Shown here piece after piece: positions 29,023 to 38,706 of a stretch of DNA of 64,000 nucleotides (its first letter is position 1; each line of letters opens with the position of its first letter). The notes beneath the pieces were generated by a model, which was given only the letters and a program-made list of their open reading frames with translations, did not search any database and had not been told where the DNA came from. This DNA is from Candidatus Hadarchaeum sp. GTDB taxonomy: Archaea; Hadarchaeota; Hadarchaeia; Hadarchaeales; Hadarchaeaceae. The position numbers were made by a program, and so were the translations under genes. The stretch covers positions 1 through 64,000 of the forward strand of contig NZ_JAVZIN010000002.1 in NCBI RefSeq assembly GCF_038871235.1, in the 5' to 3' direction.

Positions 29023-30834
29023 ATAGCCAAGTTCTACATCACCACGCCAATCTACTATATCAACTCGGTGCCTCATATCGGCCACGCTTATACCACCGTG
29101 GTAGCTGACACCCTCGCCCGTTGGCACCGCCTGCGCGGAGATGACGTCTTCTTCCTGACGGGCTTAGATGAGAACTCTGCGAAGACGCTAGAAGCTGCCA
29201 AGGAGAAAGGATTCAAGGATATACAGTCATATGCCGACTCCATGGCGGACCTTTGGAAGGGAACATGGAAGATGCTGGATATCACCAATGATGATTTTAT
29301 TAGGACCACCCAAGAAAGGCACCATAAAAACGTTATCGATCTCTTCGAACGCATTAGATCCCGTGGAGACATTTACAAGGGTAGCTATGAGGGACTTTAT
29401 TGCGAGGGTTGCGAGGCCTATTACACGGAGGCCGACCTTGTCGATGGAAAGTGCCCATTACATCTAACCAAACCAAAGTGGCTTCGAGAGGAGAACTACT
29501 TCTTCCGACTGTCTAAGTACGCCGATGCCCTACTGAAACATATCGAGGAAAACCCTGAGTTCATCCAGCCGGAGGCGCGTCGAAATGAGGTTATCAACTT
29601 CATAAAACAGGGTTTGAAAGACGTGAGCATCACGCGACAAAACCAGCAGTGGGGGATAGATGTACCTGGTGAACCCGGGCAGAAGATCTGGGTTTGGTTT
29701 GATGCCTTAACCAACTATTTACTACCGAAGCGGTACTGGCCGGCTGATGTCCACGTCATCGCTAAGGACATCATCAGGTTCCACTGCGTCATCTGGCCGA
29801 GCATGCTGCTCTCCGCCGGACTTGAACTTCCTAAGAAGATCTTTGCCCATGGCTTTCTCACCGTCGAGGGACAGAAGATCAGCAAATCTCTAGGCAATGT
29901 CATCGACCCCGCTTACTTGGTGGAGAAGTACTCAGCCGATGTCGTCAGATACTTCCTAATTCGAGAGATCTCCTTTGGGCAGGACGGGAACTTCTCCGAG
30001 GCCAGCCTTGAAGCTAGGTTGAACGACGAGTTGGCCGATATCCTCGGCAACTTTGTCCACCGCGTGCTCACCTTTATCCGCGATCGCTACAACTCCAAAT
30101 TACCGGATGGAAAAGTCGACGAAAAGCTTGAAGAGGAAGTCAAAAAACGCGTGGCCAAGATAGAGCAGCTAATGCTAGATCTTAAAGTTTCGCAGGCGCT
30201 CGAAGAAATCATGGCGATAGCTCGGCGGGGCAATGAATATTTCCAAGCTTGTAAACCCTGGGAAGCCCTGAAGAGGGAAAAAGAAAAGGCCGCAGATTGT
30301 ATCCTCACCTGCGCTAACCTAGTGAAAATTTTGTGCGTGGCCCTGACTCCGTTCATGCCATCAACGGCAACCAAGCTTGCTCGTCAACTAGCCATTGAGG
30401 TAACAAGCTGGGACCAGGCAAAGTCTTTTGACCTCAAGCTTGGTCACCACATTGGTGAGCCGATGACGCTCTTTACGAAAGTCAGGTCAAGCAACGCAAA
30501 AAAACAAGAAAGTAAAATCTCCATTGATGAATTCGGCAAACTTGACATCAGGATTGGTCACATCGTTGGCGCTGAAATTATCCCGAAATCAAAAAAATTG
30601 CTCAAGTTGGATGTGGACCTCGGAAAGGAGAGGCGGACGATCGTTGCCGGCATAGCAGAAAAATACTCACCTGAGTCCCTTGTTGGGAAAAACATCGCCG
30701 TGGTGGTAAACCTCGAGCCCGCAAAGTTGATGGGTGTAACCTCTGAAGGAATGCTTCTGGCCGCTGAAGATGAGAACGGCGTTTCCATCCTTGTAACCGA
30801 CCGGCCAGTTCAACCGGGCTCGAAGGTGAGATAG
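29023..30834 (+). CDS. metG: Methionine--tRNA ligase with C-terminal OB-fold domain; probable ATA start
   Basis: FYITTPIYY-N-PHIGH, single knuckle CEGC...CPLH, KISKS; conserved frame extends upstream of the track start 29068. Confidence 0.93.
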   Translation: MAKFYITTPIYYINSVPHIGHAYTTVVADTLARWHRLRGDDVFFLTGLDENSAKTLEAAKEKGFKDIQSYADSMADLWKGTWKMLDITNDDFIRTTQERHHKNVIDLFERIRSRGDIYKGSYEGLYCEGCEAYYTEADLVDGKCPLHLTKPKWLREENYFFRLSKYADALLKHIEENPEFIQPEARRNEVINFIKQGLKDVSITRQNQQWGIDVPGEPGQKIWVWFDALTNYLLPKRYWPADVHVIAKDIIRFHCVIWPSMLLSAGLELPKKIFAHGFLTVEGQKISKSLGNVIDPAYLVEKYSADVVRYFLIREISFGQDGNFSEASLEARLNDELADILGNFVHRVLTFIRDRYNSKLPDGKVDEKLEEEVKKRVAKIEQLMLDLKVSQALEEIMAIARRGNEYFQACKPWEALKREKEKAADCILTCANLVKILCVALTPFMPSTATKLARQLAIEVTSWDQAKSFDLKLGHHIGEPMTLFTKVRSSNAKKQESKISIDEFGKLDIRIGHIVGAEIIPKSKKLLKLDVDLGKERRTIVAGIAEKYSPESLVGKNIAVVVNLEPAKLMGVTSEGMLLAAEDENGVSILVTDRPVQPGSKVR

Positions 30835-31479
30835 TTGCTGCAGCTTGACCTCCACGTACATACAAAATATTCATACGATGGCACCTGCGCGGTTGAGAAA
30901 GCTGTTGAAGTCGCCAAGGCAAAGGGACTGAATGGCATAGCGATAACGGACCACGACAGCATCTCCGGACACTGGGAAGCCAAAAAAATAAGCAAAGACG
31001 GGTTTCTCGTCATCCCTGGTGTTGAGGTATCCAGCGCTCACGGGCACATCGTGGGGTTAGGAATTAATGAACTAATACCAAAAGGTTTGTCAGCGGTAGA
31101 AACCGTCGAGTTAATCCGGGCGCAGGGAGGAATCGCCATTGCCGCTCATCCCTTTGTCCCGGGCAGGCATCCGGAACTCGTCTACAGGGCAAACTTTGAT
31201 GCGATTGAGTGCCTTAACTCCAGAGCCATTCTCCTAAGCAACCCGCTGGCACAGAGATTTGCCCGGAAAAACGGGCTGACGATGGTGGCCGGTTCCGATG
31301 CTCATCGTTGCGATGACGTCGGGATGGCCTACACGCTGGTGGATTGTGAGTTGAACCTTGAAACAATATTGGAAAAAATAAGGCGGGGAGGGACATCCAT
31401 CGGAGGGCGGACCCTCCCTTTGCCAAGCTTCATGTGGAGGGTTCTCCAGAAGGCCCTCCAGCGAAGACATGAACGCTAG
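30835..31479 (+). CDS. PHP domain metal-dependent phosphoesterase
   Basis: DLHVHT, ITDHD, AHP, AGSDAH. Confidence 0.9.
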   Translation: MLQLDLHVHTKYSYDGTCAVEKAVEVAKAKGLNGIAITDHDSISGHWEAKKISKDGFLVIPGVEVSSAHGHIVGLGINELIPKGLSAVETVELIRAQGGIAIAAHPFVPGRHPELVYRANFDAIECLNSRAILLSNPLAQRFARKNGLTMVAGSDAHRCDDVGMAYTLVDCELNLETILEKIRRGGTSIGGRTLPLPSFMWRVLQKALQRRHER

Positions 31480-31549
31480 GCGGGAGGACTTTTAGGGAGG
31501 TGCCTCCCGCCTTCACCCTTTTGGAGGCTGGACCGAGGAGGTAGGGTGA
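31478..31549. other. Two adjacent GC-rich hairpins between convergent genes
   Basis: AGGCGGGAGG/CCTCCCGCCT (31478-87, 31503-12) and TCACCCT/AGGGTGA (31513-19, 31543-49). Confidence 0.65.
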
Positions 31550-31557
31550 CCGCGATT

Positions 31558-31743
31558 TCATTTCTCTTTGGCATACTCCATGAGACTCTTCGCCTTTTCG
31601 AGGTAAGTCATGGTCCAATCGTGGACCATCTTGCGGATTACCTCGCTGCGATTCGTCCCATAACCTGACTTAATCAGGTCATCGATAATCTTGAGGTAGA
31701 TGCCGTCGACGAAGACACGCACCTCACCTTTCTTATCGACCAT
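31558..31743 (-). CDS. Ribbon-helix-helix (CopG/Arc/MetJ) transcriptional regulator
   Basis: VRVFVD strand, IDDLIKSGYGTNRSEVIR. Confidence 0.8.
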   Translation of the reverse strand: MVDKKGEVRVFVDGIYLKIIDDLIKSGYGTNRSEVIRKMVHDWTMTYLEKAKSLMEYAKEK

Positions 31744-31905
31744 GATCAGTTCCCCCAAACAGGATGGTTAAGTAGCTTGAATATTCTGCCTTCAAACGGG
31801 GCCACTATCCTATCACCTGACCCTGCGACACTTCCAGCCCCATTTTTCCACATTCACCTGCCTCCCATTCACCATCCAGCTACAATCCAGTTATATGACA
31901 GTTAG

Positions 31906-31913
31906 TATTTAAA
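31906..31913 (-). promoter_or_regulatory. Putative TATA box for the RHH transcript
   Basis: TTTAAATA on minus strand about 160 nt upstream of the RHH ATG. Confidence 0.5.
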
Positions 31914-32096
31914 GGTTGTGGAAATCGATCGGAGATCGGTGCTTTGCCTACAAAAACTACGCACTTAATTTTGGGAACTGAACCTGCTCTCGAGCTTTCT
32001 TAGCACATACTTAAAAAGGATAACGTCCCCATCTGCATTAGAACGACCAAACCTATGAAAAATATAACAAATAAAAATTCTTAGGAGGTTTCCTAG

Positions 32097-32672
32097 ATGA
32101 TTAAGATATTGGGAATAGTTGGCAGCCCTAGAGCCGGTGGCAACACGGAAATTTTGGTTAACGAAACATTGAAGGCTGCCGCAGAGGAGGGCGCCAACAC
32201 TGAGCTATTACGGCTCTGCGACAAGGAGATAAAGCCCTGCGATGGCTGCCGCGCCTGTAGGAAAACCAGAGAATGCTGGATCAACGACGACTTTAGACCC
32301 GTATTCGATAAAATGGTTGAGTCTGACGGCATCATCATCGCCTCCCCAGTCTATTTCAGCTCAGCGACACCGCAGGTAAAGGCCCTCATCGACCGTGCTG
32401 GCTACCTCTCCATCGCTAGAGGCAGGGTCTTCGAAAACAAGGTCGGCGGAGCGCTGGTCGTGGCGAGAAGGGCTGGTCAGAACTTCACCTTCGCTGAGTT
32501 GCTCTTTTTCTTCCTGCACCAAGGTATGATCGTCCCCGGTTCTAGCTACTGGAACGTAGCCTTCGGGAGGGAGCCGGGAGAGGTGCTGAAGGACGGGGAA
32601 GGGATAGAAACTGCCAGAAACTTCGGCAAGAAGATGGTCTGGGTCATTAAGAGACTAAAGGGGCTTGGCTGA
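32097..32672 (+). CDS. Iron-sulfur flavoprotein (flavodoxin/FMN reductase family)
   Basis: GSPRAGGNT, CxxCxxCx5C, ASPVYF. Confidence 0.88.
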   Translation: MIKILGIVGSPRAGGNTEILVNETLKAAAEEGANTELLRLCDKEIKPCDGCRACRKTRECWINDDFRPVFDKMVESDGIIIASPVYFSSATPQVKALIDRAGYLSIARGRVFENKVGGALVVARRAGQNFTFAELLFFFLHQGMIVPGSSYWNVAFGREPGEVLKDGEGIETARNFGKKMVWVIKRLKGLG

Positions 32673-32686
32673 AGCAAAGATTTTAT

Positions 32687-34453
32687 TCAATCTAGTTTAA
32701 CTGGAACTATCCTTCTGCTCCTGACGTCAACGAGGCCCTTGTCAGTCAAACCGAGTTCGGGGACCGTAGGTAGCGAGATGAATGAAAGCGTCATGAATGG
32801 CGCATTAAGTTTGCAACCCAGCTGTCTAGCAGCTTGATTTAACTTTTCCAGCTTACGAGTCACTATCTCTGGTGAATGCATGCTCATCAGCCCGGCCACG
32901 GGGAGTTCAAGCTTTTCCAAAATTTTACCTTGGTTAACTGCCACTAAACCGCCCCCCATCCGCTTGATCTCGTTGACTGCCCTAGCCATGTCGGCCTCGC
33001 TAGCACCAACCACAACGATATTATGGTGATCATGTGCAACCGAAGAAGCAATAGCTCCTTCTTTAAGTTCAAATCCCTTCACAAAAGCCGTAGCAATGTT
33101 TCCTGTTCTCTTATGTCTTTCCACACAGGCTATTTTCAAAATATCATTAGCAGTATTAACAATTACCTTGCCTTCTCTGACGGCTAACTCGGTCTTAATT
33201 TCCTTGTTTATTATCTGGCCCTCTATAATCTGAATTACTCTAACCGCTTGAACCTCCTTGCTGCTGTTTATTTCGAAATCAGCCGGCATCACATCTCGCT
33301 TTATCTTAATGGTGTTGGTGCTCCAAGCAGGCCATCTATATTCACGCAGTCCAACAAGCAATTTTCCCTTTTTCGCTACAATTTTTCCGTTTGCAATGAC
33401 GATTTCTGGTTTGAACTTTTCCAAATCTCTAACCAAGATAACATCGGCAAATCTTCCGGGCGCTATGCTTCCAACATCGTCATCGAGTCTGAAATGCTCA
33501 GCACAGTTAATTGTGGCGAGTTGTATCGCCTTAATCGGATCCAGACCAAGGCTAATCGCTTTTCTTACATTGTAATCTATGTGTCCCTCTTTGACAATAT
33601 CGTTCGGATGCTTATCATCCGTACAGAAGAAAAAGTTACGCGGATCTTGGCCACTTTTTATAATTAATTTTATTAGCTCCTCCAAATTTCTCTCGCTGGA
33701 GCCCTCTCGAATCATCACTTTCATGCCAACCCTGATTCTCTCTAGAGCTTCTTCAGCCGTTACGCACTCGTGGTCGTCTCCAATGCCTGCTGAAGCATAA
33801 GCATTAAGCTCTGCACCGCTAAGACCGGCCGCATGTCCTACTCTCACCTTCCATGACTTCTTGGTAGCTATAACCTTCAGAAGATATTCGTCCTGCGGCG
33901 GGATAACCTTTGATGGATCTAACTCTCCTAGTCCGACGACGGTCCCCCACCTTATCATTCGAACGACTTCTCTGACTCCTAAAACCGCTCCAGTGGTTTC
34001 CAAGCCCGGAGCCGTTGGAACTCTCGAGGAAATCTGCACATAGGTTTTCAGCGGCGACCCCCATGCATCCTCCAGCAGGGAATTGATGCCGCGAAGACCA
34101 AGAACGTTAGCTATCTCCATTGGGTCAATGAAAACTGTAGTTGTCCCGCAAGGAAGAATGATCTTTGACAACTGGGTAGGAGTCAACAGTGTTGAATCAA
34201 GATGCACGTGCCCATCAAGCAACCCAGGAACTGCATAATATTGGCTACAGTCCAAAACTTTCTTGGCTTTTCCTGAGGACTTGTCAATAGAAGCAATTCT
34301 GCCTGCCGCTATGCTTATATCGGTTCTAGAGATCTCGCCTGTAAAAACATTGAGCAAATTGCAGTTACTAAGTATCAAGTCGGCTGGCAGTTCTTTTAAT
34401 GCTGTTTTGATAATCCTTTTATACACTGAAAGCTCTTTTGTGTTGCGTCCCAC
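32687..34453 (-). CDS. ade: Adenine deaminase (AdeC family)
   Basis: DGHVHLDS, GHA, DHEC, REGS, CTDD, SVAHDHHN, ELGLTDKGL. Confidence 0.9.
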   Translation of the reverse strand: MGRNTKELSVYKRIIKTALKELPADLILSNCNLLNVFTGEISRTDISIAAGRIASIDKSSGKAKKVLDCSQYYAVPGLLDGHVHLDSTLLTPTQLSKIILPCGTTTVFIDPMEIANVLGLRGINSLLEDAWGSPLKTYVQISSRVPTAPGLETTGAVLGVREVVRMIRWGTVVGLGELDPSKVIPPQDEYLLKVIATKKSWKVRVGHAAGLSGAELNAYASAGIGDDHECVTAEEALERIRVGMKVMIREGSSERNLEELIKLIIKSGQDPRNFFFCTDDKHPNDIVKEGHIDYNVRKAISLGLDPIKAIQLATINCAEHFRLDDDVGSIAPGRFADVILVRDLEKFKPEIVIANGKIVAKKGKLLVGLREYRWPAWSTNTIKIKRDVMPADFEINSSKEVQAVRVIQIIEGQIINKEIKTELAVREGKVIVNTANDILKIACVERHKRTGNIATAFVKGFELKEGAIASSVAHDHHNIVVVGASEADMARAVNEIKRMGGGLVAVNQGKILEKLELPVAGLMSMHSPEIVTRKLEKLNQAARQLGCKLNAPFMTLSFISLPTVPELGLTDKGLVDVRSRRIVPVKLD

Positions 34454-34489
34454 ATTACTCCCTTTTACTACTTGAAACTCCTCTTGTTT

Positions 34490-35809
34490 TTACAGAATCC
34501 ACTTGTGATACCTTGGCGCTGGTGATCCAAACAGATATTCTTCAACATTGGGTCCGTATGTTGATAGGTTCTTTTCGTCTCCATTTATCTTCACGGCACG
34601 CTGAGTAAACTGGTAATCCCTTCCTTTGATGGCAACCACCCTACCATCAACCATCACCAGTGCCGGGGCACAGACATCTCCGTGTTTCAAAGCATCCAAG
34701 AAGTCTTTAGCCGCTGAACCATGTGGTTTATCGGTAATCACTATATCCGCCTCTCTTCCTACCTCAATTATCCCTCGGTTCATGTCGACAAACTTACCGA
34801 AGTGTCTGGCCGCATTACCAGTCGCCATGGCAACTACTTGCTCCGGCGCAACATTAGTCATGGACGCCACTTGAGCCATTAACACCCAGAGAGAGCCCCA
34901 CTGAAGTCCCAAACCCACGGCCTGGTCGGAACCCATCACCACCCTGTCCAGCTGTCCTTTTTCCCTTGCATATTCCACTATCTTCAGAGCCAACCTAGTG
35001 TTCGATTGGGCACTTAACTCAAGTGCTGTGTCTCGCCGAGTCTTGTCAATTATCTCCTTTATCTCATCCCAAGATAACGGAGTTGAACCACCGCTTAGGT
35101 GCGCCACCTTGTCTGGGTCTATCTTTATGATCTTCTCTGGTGACATGTGAGAAGAGCCAGGTATTGAACACGGTGAAGCATGGGCAGAAACATGCCAGCC
35201 AAACTCCCGTGCCCATTTTATATACTGTAACACATCTTCCGGCTCTGAAAGACCCCCGCCTCCGATCTCAGCTATCAACCTTACTCCGGCATCGGTCATC
35301 TCCTTGAAATCTTGCTTGGTCAATCCTCTTACCAGAATCAGTGCCCCGCCGACAACCTTCAGCGCACTGCCAGGCATCCAACGCTTATATATCGTCGCCT
35401 CTGTTATCGTATTGGCTTTTGTAGCAACCGGATCATCATAATATCTCCCAAGTCCCCAAGCATGTAAGCCCTCTGATATTAAGGTGGTTATCCCGCAGTA
35501 GGCCAAGTTCTCCATCCAGTTCATTGCCTGACATATCGCGGAGTAATCGTGGAAGGTGATGTGGGCGTGCGTTTCGATTAACCCAGGGATTACCATCATT
35601 CCGTTGGCATCAATCACCGTCTCAGCTTCGCTATCCTTGATAGTCCTTTCGTCACCAATTTTTTTAATCAGACCCTCTTTAACCAAAATTTTTGATTTGT
35701 TTAAGGTTGGTTTGTTGATGTCACCTGTAACAATCAATCCGATGTTCTTTATTACGGCATCCCCTTTTTCGTGTTTGAGGGGAAATGGTTCCCTCTTAAT
35801 TTTAGTCAA
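34490..35809 (-). CDS. Enamidase-like amidohydrolase
   Basis: IKNIGLIVTGDI, THAH, GGALIL..GLT..DF, SIPGSS, AHLSGG, MATGN resemble Eubacterium barkeri Ena (recalled, not aligned). Confidence 0.75.
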   Translation of the reverse strand: MTKIKREPFPLKHEKGDAVIKNIGLIVTGDINKPTLNKSKILVKEGLIKKIGDERTIKDSEAETVIDANGMMVIPGLIETHAHITFHDYSAICQAMNWMENLAYCGITTLISEGLHAWGLGRYYDDPVATKANTITEATIYKRWMPGSALKVVGGALILVRGLTKQDFKEMTDAGVRLIAEIGGGGLSEPEDVLQYIKWAREFGWHVSAHASPCSIPGSSHMSPEKIIKIDPDKVAHLSGGSTPLSWDEIKEIIDKTRRDTALELSAQSNTRLALKIVEYAREKGQLDRVVMGSDQAVGLGLQWGSLWVLMAQVASMTNVAPEQVVAMATGNAARHFGKFVDMNRGIIEVGREADIVITDKPHGSAAKDFLDALKHGDVCAPALVMVDGRVVAIKGRDYQFTQRAVKINGDEKNLSTYGPNVEEYLFGSPAPRYHKWIL

Positions 35810-35922
35810 AAATACACCTCCAGAGCAAATTTTCGGCTTCTATTATATAAATTTTTATTAACTGAACGACCGACTCCAAAATCACCGTTTTGAGGATTGA
35901 ATCGGAAAAATAAAATTAAAAC

Positions 35923-36753
35923 TTAAGCACTTGCGCTTGAAATTACCTTTTCCTTTATTTCTCTTAAAACACTGCAAAGCGCATCAGACAAGATTTCGAA
36001 AATCAACTCCCCCTTATCTCTACTGGCCTTGGTGGGGTCTCCAACGGCTCCAGTCTGAGACATTTCCTCGAAATTCCACGAAAATGAAAAAAGATGGTGC
36101 GGTTTTTCGATCAGAAGATGTTTATAGCCTGAACTCTCGGTAAATTTACATGGATAGGACTCGGCTATTCTTTCTTTGTTCACCAGATCTGGACGCAGGA
36201 CCATCATCTGAGAAGTTTCGGCCTCGCAGGCATGGAAGATCCCCGCTTCACCGCTTTCTCTGACTCCAGTCTTTAAATCATCTTGAATATCCGTCTGCCA
36301 CCAATCGAAAACCGCCACAAAGGTATTGGTTTCCCTAGCGATATCAGAGGTTAAAGCACCCAACAGCTGAACGTGGCCCCCATGGGCGTTCACAAAGACC
36401 AATTTTTTAAACCCCATTTTGGCAAGAGATGCGCAAATGTCCTTAACTAGGTAAATAAATGTAATGGGCTCCAAAGAAATAGTCCCGACCCAATTTTTGC
36501 TCTCAGTTGACTTGCCAAAAGGAACTAGCGGAGCGACCACAACCGGAAACTCCTTTGAAATTTTCTCTGCGGCCATTTTAGAAACTTCAACAGCAATGTA
36601 GTTATCGGTAAAGATGGGTAAGTGATCACCGTGTTGCTCCACCGTGCCGATTGGGATCAAAACTATATCGCATTTTTTTATAATCTCCTTTATTTCTGAA
36701 ACGTTCATTTCTTCAAGAAGATATTTCACTTCTACCACATTAGAACTTTCCAA
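35923..36753 (-). CDS. Creatininase family amidohydrolase
   Basis: PIGTVEQHGDHLP..TD, NAHGGH, HACEAETS, GAVGDP. Confidence 0.9.
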   Translation of the reverse strand: MESSNVVEVKYLLEEMNVSEIKEIIKKCDIVLIPIGTVEQHGDHLPIFTDNYIAVEVSKMAAEKISKEFPVVVAPLVPFGKSTESKNWVGTISLEPITFIYLVKDICASLAKMGFKKLVFVNAHGGHVQLLGALTSDIARETNTFVAVFDWWQTDIQDDLKTGVRESGEAGIFHACEAETSQMMVLRPDLVNKERIAESYPCKFTESSGYKHLLIEKPHHLFSFSWNFEEMSQTGAVGDPTKASRDKGELIFEILSDALCSVLREIKEKVISSASA

Positions 36754-36828
36754 AATTTCCTTAAAAGACTTCTCAAACCAAACCTATTTCAAAGTAAATC
36801 GACAAACAAAAAAGAAAATAAACAACCT

Positions 36829-37875
36829 TTAGAGAGTTGTCGGCACAGTTAATTTTCCTGACAGTATGTCCTCTCTCGCCTTTGCCACCATGTCTTTAGC
36901 TCTTTGTGGAATCTCGGTGTCAAAGTTATAAAATGGAGCCATCTCCATACCTTTGCCTAACTCAATAGAATATTTGCCCTTTCCATAGTTTCCAGTATAG
37001 ATGTCATTAATCATAGAAAATAGGATATCGCTGTAGTCATAGACGTTGCTGGTCAACACGTATCCCGGCGCCAATACTGATTGATCTACTGGATAACCTA
37101 TGTAGAAAACTTCCTTACCAGCATCCCTAGCTGCTTTCACCGCTTGAATGACGCCGAGACTCGTCCCGTCGCCTTGGCAGTAGATAACATCAACGCCTTT
37201 TGCCATCAATGACTCTGCCGCCACTCTCCCTCCCTCAGGGTCAGCCCAGCCGCCTACATAAATGTGATCAAAAGTTATCGAAGAATCGTACGCCTGTGCT
37301 CCTGCCTTGAACCCCGCTTCACCCAAGACGATGTGCAGTGTTTCCATTCCAGAGATGACACCAACTTTTTTAGTGCGCGACATTGAGCCACCGATTATCC
37401 CCAGAAGATAAGCAGTTTTATGGGGAAACTCGTCGATCACATCTACTTTCCCAGAAATTGCATCAGCCGCCTTTCCTTCGTTTATCAAGAAATACACTCC
37501 TTGCGAAGTCCCTGAAGCCACCGCTAGAATAGCCTCACGATACTGGAATCCCCACGCCCAGATCCAGTTATACCCAACCGAAACTAAATCTCTGGCTGCA
37601 CCCTCAGCATCTCCCGGCTCTACCAGTTCAACAAATTTGTGGCTAGTTATTCGGATCGGTAAATCCATTGTCTCAAGTTTGTTCAGGGCCACAAGCGGAG
37701 CGTAGTCCCATCCATAGTCCGTCACTGTTCCAGGCAAAATCACTCCTACTTTCAACTCAGTAGGAACTCCTGCTGCAGGACCGGTAGGACCACCACCCAT
37801 CATCAAAGCTACCGCTGCAACCACTACTACGATGACGATGACGGCAACGACGATCGCTACATTCTTACTCTTCAT
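36829..37875 (-). CDS. BMP family (purine nucleoside-type) ABC substrate-binding protein
   Basis: N-terminal TM anchor; DYGWD, AYLLGIIGG, VGGWADPEGG, GVDVIY; AGGAGGT SD. Confidence 0.88.
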   Translation of the reverse strand: MKSKNVAIVVAVIVIVVVVAAVALMMGGGPTGPAAGVPTELKVGVILPGTVTDYGWDYAPLVALNKLETMDLPIRITSHKFVELVEPGDAEGAARDLVSVGYNWIWAWGFQYREAILAVASGTSQGVYFLINEGKAADAISGKVDVIDEFPHKTAYLLGIIGGSMSRTKKVGVISGMETLHIVLGEAGFKAGAQAYDSSITFDHIYVGGWADPEGGRVAAESLMAKGVDVIYCQGDGTSLGVIQAVKAARDAGKEVFYIGYPVDQSVLAPGYVLTSNVYDYSDILFSMINDIYTGNYGKGKYSIELGKGMEMAPFYNFDTEIPQRAKDMVAKAREDILSGKLTVPTTL

Positions 37876-37980
37876 TTTTCCTACCTCCTTTTTAACAAAC
37901 ACCTACATTTGGTTGTGTTGTTAAATTAAATTGTATTTAAACCAATATTAACATTTTTGTGTTAAATTTACGCATTTGTG

Positions 37981-38706
37981 TCAAGAAAGGTTTAAAAGCG
38001 ATTCAACCCTGCATTTCAGCTTCAAATTCCTCTTTATTTTTTGCACGGAGTCATCAATCGAAAAAATGGTAAAAATGCCTGCTAATCTCGCCTTCGACCT
38101 TTCCACCAGCCTTACCAAGGCCTCGATCGTCGCCCCTGTTCGGGCTATATCATCCACGATAAAAACTTGATCTCTGGGTTTTATCGAACCCTTAGGGATG
38201 TAAAAGGTTTTAAACAAGACTGGTGAAAAAACCGCCCTTTCTTCCAGAAATTCGATGCTTCCTATATCCCTCTCCTTTTTAGCCACTACTATTTTTGCTC
38301 CAAGTCCATTTCCTATTTGTACTGCCAAGGGAATCCCATCGGTGGCAGCAGTAAGCACCTTATCGATCTTGGCTAGTTCAAACTCGTGTATTATAAACCT
38401 CGCGATTAGATTCTGTAAGTTAACATCATAATTTACTTGAGTGAGAATGTAGGCGCCTCCCACCTCAGTGACTTTTGCCTTAATTATCTCTAATAAGTAT
38501 TTTTCCTTGAAAAGGTCAATTATTTTCTCCGATTTTTCGGAATTTGGTAACATGTGGCCGTTGATGTATCTACTTAAGACGGTTGGCGGCAAATCGATCA
38601 ACTTAGACAGCTGCGCGTAGGAATAATTGCTCTTTAACGCCCTCAGTATATCCACAGCCAAGATTCTTTTTCTAACTTCCGCTAAACTGCTCATGTCTTC
38701 CGCCAA
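37981..38706 (-). CDS. HTH-phosphoribosyltransferase (PurR-like) regulator
   Basis: N-terminal HTH (LPPTVLSRYING) and PRPP loop VFIVDDIARTGAT. Confidence 0.82.
   Translation of the reverse strand: MAEDMSSLAEVRKRILAVDILRALKSNYSYAQLSKLIDLPPTVLSRYINGHMLPNSEKSEKIIDLFKEKYLLEIIKAKVTEVGGAYILTQVNYDVNLQNLIARFIIHEFELAKIDKVLTAATDGIPLAVQIGNGLGAKIVVAKKERDIGSIEFLEERAVFSPVLFKTFYIPKGSIKPRDQVFIVDDIARTGATIEALVRLVERSKARLAGIFTIFSIDDSVQKIKRNLKLKCRVESLLNLS

Noticed and set aside
31558-31743. RHH protein as cell-division regulator CdrS or a type II antitoxin
   Set aside because: No adjacent ftsZ or recognisable toxin gene; the NRSE motif is generic
31813-31875. Basic Trp-containing peptide as ribosomal protein eL41
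   Set aside because: Too few Lys/Arg residues; resemblance is superficial
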